Shown: positions 58,909 to 64,000 of the stretch, one piece after another
How positions within the stretch are numbered: the first letter of the stretch is position 1
Layout of the letters: the number at the start of each line of letters is the position of its first letter
Source: Oscillospiraceae bacterium
Lineage (GTDB): Bacteria > Bacillota > Clostridia > Oscillospirales > Oscillospiraceae
Length of the DNA stretch: 64,000 nt
Assembly (NCBI GenBank): GCA_017411265.1
Contig: JAFRDL010000050.1
Coordinates: forward strand, 306 to 64,305
Reading direction: 5' to 3'
Made by a program: the position numbers and the translations under genes
Notes under the pieces: model-generated
What the model was told of the DNA's origin: nothing
What the model saw: the letters and a program-made list of their open reading frames with translations, nothing else
Database searches by the model: none

Positions 58909-60399
58909 ATGAGAAGAGTGGCAGAAATGAAATTGAATCCCCGGGAAAAAGCGCTCCTGGAGGAACAGAAAAAGAACAAAAAGATGCGCAACCGGTATAT
59001 CCTGGTGGGCGTCATCGTTTTGATCCTGGCAGCTCTGGTGATCGTTGTCAATTCCAGTCTGTTCGACAACGGTTTTGCCGCGCTCCAGGTGGGCAGCGAC
59101 AAGTGCACGCTGGCGGAGGCGAATTACGAGTATCAGAGCGCCTATATGCAGATCGCCAATACCTACGGCCAATACGGTCTGATCGACAACAGCAAGCCCC
59201 TTAACCAGCAGACCTGTATGTTCGATCCGAACGGCGGCACATGGCACGATTATTTTCTGGATACGGCGGAGACCAATCTGAAGCAGAAGGTCGCTCTGTA
59301 CAATGCGGCGAAGGCGGCCGGATATACGGAGCTCACCGAAGAGGAACAGGCGGATATCGACGCCACCATGGAAAGCTTCAAGCTCTATGGCAGCAGCTAC
59401 GGCTACACGCTGGACGGATATCTCATCGCTCTTTTCGGACAGGGCAACAATGAGAAGACCGTTCGGTCCAGCATGATGAAAGAAAAAATCATCAACCGGT
59501 ATCTCAACGATCAGTATGAGAGCTATTCCTATTCCGATGCGGAAAAAGACGCTTATTATGACGAGCACGCCGATGAAATGAACAAGGTCGAGTACCTGTA
59601 CGTTTTCATCCCCGGCACCGCCGATGAGGCTGCCGGTCTGGACGAAGCGGCCGCCATGGCTGCCGCCGGGGAGACGGCGCGGACCATCGTTGCCGACAGC
59701 AGCGGCCAGGAGGATCTGTTCCGGGCGGCCGTGTCTGCCGCCACAGCGACAGAGCCCACCGAGACTTCCGGCTCCGTAAGCGGCTTCCTGAGCAGTTACG
59801 AAGGGGACGTGACCGCCGACCAGCTCAAACCCGGCACCGTCTTTGCCCATGAGACAAGCGGCGGATGGCATGCGGTGTACGTTCTCGGTGTAGATGACAA
59901 CCATTACAACGGCGTCAGCGTCCGGCACATCCTGGTGAAGGCCGTTGACGAGGATGGCGACGGGACTTACTCCGACGAGGAGAAGCAGGCGGCTTACGAC
60001 GCCGTCCTGGCCATTCAGGAGGAATGGCTTGCCGGGGAAGCCACGGAGGACAGCTTTGCCGCTCTGGCCAATGAGAAGAGCGAGGACGCCGGCTCCAATA
60101 CCAACGGCGGCCTCTATGAGAACATCTACAAGGGCCAGATGGTCCAGGAGTTCAGCGACTTCTGCTTTGCGGACCATAAAAGCGGGGACTACGGCATCGT
60201 CTACGGAGAGAACGCACAGTATGCCGGATATCACCTGATTTATTTTGTGGGCGCCGACGGCGAGCTTTACAGCCGCGTTCTTGCTGACAACGCCATGCGC
60301 AGCGAGGAATACAACGCCTTTGTGGAGGCGGCCATGGAGCCTTATACCGCCGTTCGCCGCTCTATGTGGCGATACGTCGGAAAGGACAAGACAGAATAA
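58909..60399 (+). CDS. Membrane-anchored parvulin-type peptidyl-prolyl isomerase (PrsA/PpiC-like)
   Basis: N-terminal TM YILVGVIVLILAALVIVV. The PpiC domain is VSVRHILVK...ALANEKSEDAGSNTNGGLYENIYKGQMVQEFSDFCF...GYHLIYFVG. A TATAAT lies at 58877-58882. The start is uncertain (58909, 58918 or 58927). Confidence 0.85.
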   Translation: MRRVAEMKLNPREKALLEEQKKNKKMRNRYILVGVIVLILAALVIVVNSSLFDNGFAALQVGSDKCTLAEANYEYQSAYMQIANTYGQYGLIDNSKPLNQQTCMFDPNGGTWHDYFLDTAETNLKQKVALYNAAKAAGYTELTEEEQADIDATMESFKLYGSSYGYTLDGYLIALFGQGNNEKTVRSSMMKEKIINRYLNDQYESYSYSDAEKDAYYDEHADEMNKVEYLYVFIPGTADEAAGLDEAAAMAAAGETARTIVADSSGQEDLFRAAVSAATATEPTETSGSVSGFLSSYEGDVTADQLKPGTVFAHETSGGWHAVYVLGVDDNHYNGVSVRHILVKAVDEDGDGTYSDEEKQAAYDAVLAIQEEWLAGEATEDSFAALANEKSEDAGSNTNGGLYENIYKGQMVQEFSDFCFADHKSGDYGIVYGENAQYAGYHLIYFVGADGELYSRVLADNAMRSEEYNAFVEAAMEPYTAVRRSMWRYVGKDKTE

Positions 60400-60401
60400 A
60401 A

Positions 60402-60435
60402 GGAAACCGCGGCGGATCATTCCGCCGCGGTTTCC
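60402..60435. terminator. Hairpin A between convergent PPIase gene and pth (U-tail on the minus strand)
   Basis: GGAAACCGCGGCGGA-TCAT-TCCGCCGCGGTTTCC. Read on the minus strand it is followed by TTTTATT. Confidence 0.7.
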
Positions 60436-60445
60436 TCAATACGGG

Positions 60446-60472
60446 AAAGACCGCACATCCGTGCGGTCTTTT
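60446..60472. terminator. Hairpin B between convergent PPIase gene and pth (U-tail on the plus strand)
   Basis: GAAAGACCGCAC-ATCC-GTGCGGTCTTT followed by TCTT on the + strand. It abuts the pth stop codon. Confidence 0.6.
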
Positions 60473-60473
60473 C

Positions 60474-61040
60474 TTATCCGTTATACTGATTCATGGCGCG
60501 GTCGATGCCGTGCTCCACACAGCACTCAATGGCGTCAGCGGCTTTTTTTATCGCCTGGGACACGGCCTCCGCGTCCTCGCCGCGGATGACGCCCAGGACC
60601 CAGTCGGGCATATCATAATCCGGGTGGGGGGGGAACCCGACCCCCAAGCGGAGCCGGGGGAACTGCTCGGTGCCCAGGTGCTGGATGATGCTCTTCAGCC
60701 CGTTGTGTCCGCCGGCGCTGCCGGAGCAGCGCAGACGGATCTTGCCCGGTGCCAGGGAGATCTCATCGGAGACGACGAGGACGTGGTCCGCCGGGACCTT
60801 GTAAAAATCGGCCAGAGGACGGACCGCCTCGCCGGAGATGTTCATAAAGGTCTGGGGCTTGACGAGCAGCACGTCGTGTCCGCCGATGGAGGTTTTCGCG
60901 GTGAGAGCCCGATTTTTCAGCCGACGGATGTCCACGCCGCAGCGCCGGGCCATTTCATCCCCTACGGCGAAGCCGACATTGTGGCGGGTTCCGGCGTATT
61001 TCGGTCCCGGATTGCCCAAAAAAACGATGATCCACTCCAT
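60474..61040 (-). CDS. pth: Peptidyl-tRNA hydrolase
   Basis: 188 aa from ATG 61040. MEWIIVFLGNPGPKYAGTRHNVGF, DEISL..GKIRL...GS.GGHNGLKS. The remainder of track ORF up to 61202 overlaps prs. Confidence 0.95.
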   Translation of the reverse strand: MEWIIVFLGNPGPKYAGTRHNVGFAVGDEMARRCGVDIRRLKNRALTAKTSIGGHDVLLVKPQTFMNISGEAVRPLADFYKVPADHVLVVSDEISLAPGKIRLRCSGSAGGHNGLKSIIQHLGTEQFPRLRLGVGFPPHPDYDMPDWVLGVIRGEDAEAVSQAIKKAADAIECCVEHGIDRAMNQYNG

Positions 61041-61069
61041 GCTCTTGCAGGGTCGAAACAACACGGCTC

Positions 61070-62032
61070 TTACTCGAAAAGCGGAGAGATGGACACTTCT
61101 TCGTAGATGCGTTCGATGGCTTCGGCGAAGAGCGGCGCCACGGAAACGTAATTGATTTTTTCCAGATGGGGCTGGTCGGAGGGATAGGGAATGGTGTCGC
61201 ACAGCTTCAGCTCCTTGATGGGGCTGGCCTCGATGCGCTCCAGCGCCGGGGCGGAGAGAACGCCGTGGGAGGCGCAGGCGTAGATCTCCCGTGCGCCGCC
61301 GATCTCCGTAAGGGCCTTGGCCGCGCCGCAGAGGGAGCCGGCGGTGTCCACCATGTCGTCCAGCATGACGACGATCTTGTCCTCCACGTTGCCGATGATG
61401 TTCATGACCTCGGACTTGTTGGCCACTTCCCGGCGCTTGTCCACGATGGCCAGGTTCACCCCCAGCTTCATGGAAAACTGACGGGCCCGGGCCACGCTGC
61501 CGATGTCGGGGGAGACGACTATCACGTCGGGGTTGCTCTTGCCGAATTTTTCGATATAGTAGTTGGCGAACAGGGGAGCGCCCCGCAGATTGTCCACGGG
61601 GATGTCGAAGAAGCCCTGGATCTGATTGGCGTGGAGGTCCATGGTCAGCACCCGGTCCGCGCCGGCGGCTTCGATGATATTGGCGACCAGCTTGGCGGAG
61701 ATGGGGTCGCGGCTCTTGGCCTTCCGGTCCTGACGGGCGTAGCCGAAATAGGGCATCACGGCGGTGATCCGCCCGGCGGAAGCCCGGTGCATGGCGTCGA
61801 TCATGATCAGAAGCTCCATCAGGCTGTCATTGACGGGCTTGCAGGTGGACTGGACGATAAACACATCCGAGCCCCGGACGGGCTCCATAATGGAGACGGA
61901 GCACTCTCCGTCGGCAAAGCGCTTGATTTCGGCCTTTCCCATGGGCTTGTGCAGGTAGGAGCAGACGCTCTCCGCCAGCGCAGGATTTGCGTTTCCGGTA
62001 AAAACCTTGACTTCCTTGCCGTGTGAAATCAA
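61070..62032 (-). CDS. prs: Ribose-phosphate pyrophosphokinase
   Basis: 320 aa from TTG 62032 (AGAAGGG upstream). KVFTGNANPALAE, FADGE, DLHANQIQGFFDIPVD and PRPP loop MLDDMVDTAGS. The 5' part of track ORF to 62383 is antisense to prfB. Confidence 0.93.
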   Translation of the reverse strand: MISHGKEVKVFTGNANPALAESVCSYLHKPMGKAEIKRFADGECSVSIMEPVRGSDVFIVQSTCKPVNDSLMELLIMIDAMHRASAGRITAVMPYFGYARQDRKAKSRDPISAKLVANIIEAAGADRVLTMDLHANQIQGFFDIPVDNLRGAPLFANYYIEKFGKSNPDVIVVSPDIGSVARARQFSMKLGVNLAIVDKRREVANKSEVMNIIGNVEDKIVVMLDDMVDTAGSLCGAAKALTEIGGAREIYACASHGVLSAPALERIEASPIKELKLCDTIPYPSDQPHLEKINYVSVAPLFAEAIERIYEEVSISPLFE

Positions 62033-62201
62033 ATCAATCACCCTTCTGTCTATAAATAAAGCGGAGCATGCCATAACACGTACAGTATCAGTATAACATA
62101 TTATCTGCGGAATGGAAGAACAAAGATAATTTTTCTGGCCTTTACTTTTTAGGGGATTTTGTATATACTGAAAAAGCATTTTTAAAAAAGGATCGAAAGA
62201 T

Positions 62202-63323
62202 ATGCTTGAATTTGAAGAGTACAAAGGAAAGCTCAACGCCAGAAAAGGCGCGCTGGAGGATCTTGGCCAGGCGCTTCGTCTGGATGAGGCGGAGCGGGAG
62301 ATCGCGGAGCTGGAGACGGAGAGCGCCCAGGACGGATTCTGGAACAATGTGCAGCACTCCCAGCAGGTCCAGCAGCGCATCAAGCTGCTGAAGGGAAAGT
62401 GTGAAAAGTATCAAAAGCTCCAGGGGGCCTGGGACGATCTGTATACCATGTGTGAGATGGCCCTGGAGGAGGAGGACGCGTCCCTTCTGCCGGAGCTGGA
62501 GGAGGAATACACCGCCTTTGAGGAAAACCTGGAGGCCATGCGTCTGTCCACGCTGCTCACCGGGGAGTACGATGCCAACAACGCCATCCTCACCTTCCAC
62601 GCCGGCGCCGGCGGCACCGAGGCCCAGGACTGGACCCAGATGCTCTATCGGATGTACACCATGTGGACGGAACGCCACGGGTTCAAGTACACGCTGATGG
62701 ACTATCAGGACGGCGAAGAGGCGGGCATCAAATCCGCCACCATCAAGATCGAGGGTGAGAACGCCTACGGCTATCTCAAGAGCGAAAACGGCGTCCACCG
62801 TCTGGTCCGCATTTCTCCCTACGACGCCTCCGGCCGACGCCATACCAGCTTTGCCGCGGTGGAGGTCATGCCGGAGATCGAGGACGACGGAGAGATCGAG
62901 CTCCGGGACGAGGACATCAAGATGGACGTGTTCCGGTCATCGGGAGCGGGCGGACAGAAGGTCAACAAGACCTCCTCGGCGGTGCGGCTGACCCATATCC
63001 CCACGGGGATCGTGGTGTCCTCCCAGGTGGAGCGGAGCCATTTCCAAAATCTGGAGAACTGCAAATCCATGCTCCGAGCCAAGCTGGCGGAGATCAAAGA
63101 AAGGGAGCACCTGGAAAAAGTCTCCGACATCAAGGGCGTGCAGCTGAAGATCGAGTGGGGCAGTCAGATCCGCTCCTACGTGTTTATGCCGTACACACTG
63201 GCCAAGGATACCCGCACCGGATTTGAGAACAGCAACATCGGCGCGGTGATGGACGGGGATATCGACGGTTTCATCAACGCGTATCTGGCCATGCAGGCGG
63301 ACAAGGCGGACAAGCGGTCCTGA
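62202..63323 (+). CDS. prfB: Peptide chain release factor 2 (single uninterrupted ORF)
   Basis: 373 aa. GGQ motif SGAGGQKVNKT. The codon-recognition region is LVRISPYDASGRRHTSFA. GWGSQIRSYVF is also present. There is no in-frame TGA near codon 25. Confidence 0.95.
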   Translation: MLEFEEYKGKLNARKGALEDLGQALRLDEAEREIAELETESAQDGFWNNVQHSQQVQQRIKLLKGKCEKYQKLQGAWDDLYTMCEMALEEEDASLLPELEEEYTAFEENLEAMRLSTLLTGEYDANNAILTFHAGAGGTEAQDWTQMLYRMYTMWTERHGFKYTLMDYQDGEEAGIKSATIKIEGENAYGYLKSENGVHRLVRISPYDASGRRHTSFAAVEVMPEIEDDGEIELRDEDIKMDVFRSSGAGGQKVNKTSSAVRLTHIPTGIVVSSQVERSHFQNLENCKSMLRAKLAEIKEREHLEKVSDIKGVQLKIEWGSQIRSYVFMPYTLAKDTRTGFENSNIGAVMDGDIDGFINAYLAMQADKADKRS

Positions 63324-63333
63324 CAGCAACAGA

Positions 63334-63369
63334 AGAAACCGGCGGGGAAGCGATCCCCGCCGGTTTCTT
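63334..63369. terminator. Bidirectional hairpin terminator between prfB and the convergent hydrolase gene
   Basis: AGAAACCGGCGGGGA-(loop)-TCCCCGCCGGTTTCT followed by TTTAT on the + strand. An A-rich run lies on the other side. Confidence 0.8.
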
Positions 63370-64000
63370 TTATCGATAGGTTTTCTTTCTGGTGAACAGG
63401 CGGACGACGCCGAGGACTGTCAGCACAGCGGCAGCGGCGCCCAGAGCGATCACGACGTACCGCAGCGGCGCGATTTCCTGAGGAGAGTCAAGCACGGGCT
63501 CCGGCTCCGGTTCGGGCGTGGCCCTGGCAGCCGCTTCGGCCTCGGCCAGGCGACGGGCGGCCTCCTCGGCCTCCAGCCGGGCGCGCTCCTTCTCCGCCTC
63601 CTCGGCGGCCAGACGTTCTCTCTCCGCTTCCTCGGCGGCCAGCCGGGCGGCCTCCTCGGCCTCCCGGGCCAGACGCTCCTCCTCGGCGCGTTGGGCGAGG
63701 ACATCATCCCGGCGCTGGTCCAAAGTCAGCGTGTAATCGGTCATCAGCGTCGCCATGTTGGCGATGGCATACTCGGAATTGGTGACGTTACGGGTCATCA
63801 CCACCAGCAGACAGGGAGTGGGCGTATAGATGATGCCTGCGGTGTGAAGATAGCGTGTCCCGTTCATGTTTCCCCCGCCGTATTTCTGGGCCACGTCGTA
63901 TTTCCCGTCCATCGTCATGCGGAAGTAGTGGCCCGGCTCCGCGGCCTTGAGGCATTCGATGATGTTGGGGTATCTGTCCGGATCCCCGTACAGCTCCTTC
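63370..64000 (-). CDS. Class-A beta-lactamase-fold serine hydrolase-like protein, with Glu/Ala/Arg-rich coiled-coil stalk and C-terminal TM anchor (N-terminus lies right of the window)
   Basis: The frame stays open to base 64000 (…KELYGDPDRYPNIIECLKAAEPGHYFRMTMDGKYDVAQKYGGG…HTAGIIYTPTPCLLVVMT, a K-x-G box context). Then come about 67 aa of AEEAxRxRL-type repeats, PEPEPEP, the TM segment YVVIALGAAAAVLTVLGVV, and RLFTRKKTYR. Confidence 0.55.
   Translation of the reverse strand, partial: KELYGDPDRYPNIIECLKAAEPGHYFRMTMDGKYDVAQKYGGGNMNGTRYLHTAGIIYTPTPCLLVVMTRNVTNSEYAIANMATLMTDYTLTLDQRRDDVLAQRAEEERLAREAEEAARLAAEEAERERLAAEEAEKERARLEAEEAARRLAEAEAAARATPEPEPEPVLDSPQEIAPLRYVVIALGAAAAVLTVLGVVRLFTRKKTYR
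63520..63720 (-). repeat. Imperfect in-frame repeats encoding the Glu/Ala/Arg-rich stalk
   Basis: Recurrent CCTCCTCGGC(G/C)GCCAG(A/C)CG-type units on the + strand. Translation (minus strand) is RAEEERLAREAEEAARLAAEEAERERLAAEEAEKERARLEAEEAARRLAEAEAAARA. Confidence 0.6.

Noticed and set aside
63520-63720. The tandem-repeat DNA considered as a CRISPR-like or non-coding satellite array.
   Set aside because: The repeats are imperfect, have no spacers, and lie in frame within an open reading frame encoding a Glu/Ala/Arg coiled-coil. They are protein-coding low-complexity repeats.

Overview
This is a high-GC chromosomal core segment (about 60-65% GC by eye, not computed over the whole window). Its gene content and order fit a spore-forming Clostridia-type Firmicute. 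That placement is an inference from synteny and a few marker features:
- Syntenic blocks: dprA-topA-trmFO, plsX-acpP-rnc-(radical SAM)-smc-ftsY, rdgB-yhbY-nadD::yqeK-LCP-rsfS-leuS, rplS-lepB-ylqF-rnhB-yraN, tig-clpP-clpX-lon-engB, scpA-scpB-ytfI/ytfJ-like-dacB and cmk-plsC-ispH::rpsA.
- Sporulation-associated genes: yunB and gerW/ytfJ.
- A type-A RNase P RNA.

I call 62 protein-coding loci, 54 on the + strand and 8 on the - strand. Two are disrupted as given:
- smc has a 1-nt frame break in an A-run.
- An RpiR/MurR-family regulator has an in-frame TAG.

There are also two solitary tRNA genes (Ala-CGC, Gly-GCC) and rnpB. All three RNA genes are on the minus strand, each with a near-consensus -35/-10 promoter and a hairpin terminator.

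I see no CRISPR array, transposase, integrase, phage module, restriction-modification system, toxin-antitoxin pair or other recognisable defence or accessory system. I could not find a convincing candidate for a new multi-gene system, so this looks like an ordinary housekeeping region.

The observations worth a second look are small-scale:
- the two broken genes;
- a structured ~140-nt leader in front of a small conserved ORF upstream of smc;
- a low-GC two-gene islet next to tRNA-Ala, with an odd GC-rich spacer bracketed by two terminators;
- a sharp AT-rich patch inside ispH;
- a seamless nadD-yqeK fusion;
- a prfB without the usual programmed frameshift and with SPY in place of SPF;
- a 58-aa DUF1540-type ORF missing from the supplied ORF track;
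- two unusual secreted or anchored proteins.

Many very long ORFs in the track are antisense shadows of real genes and were rejected.
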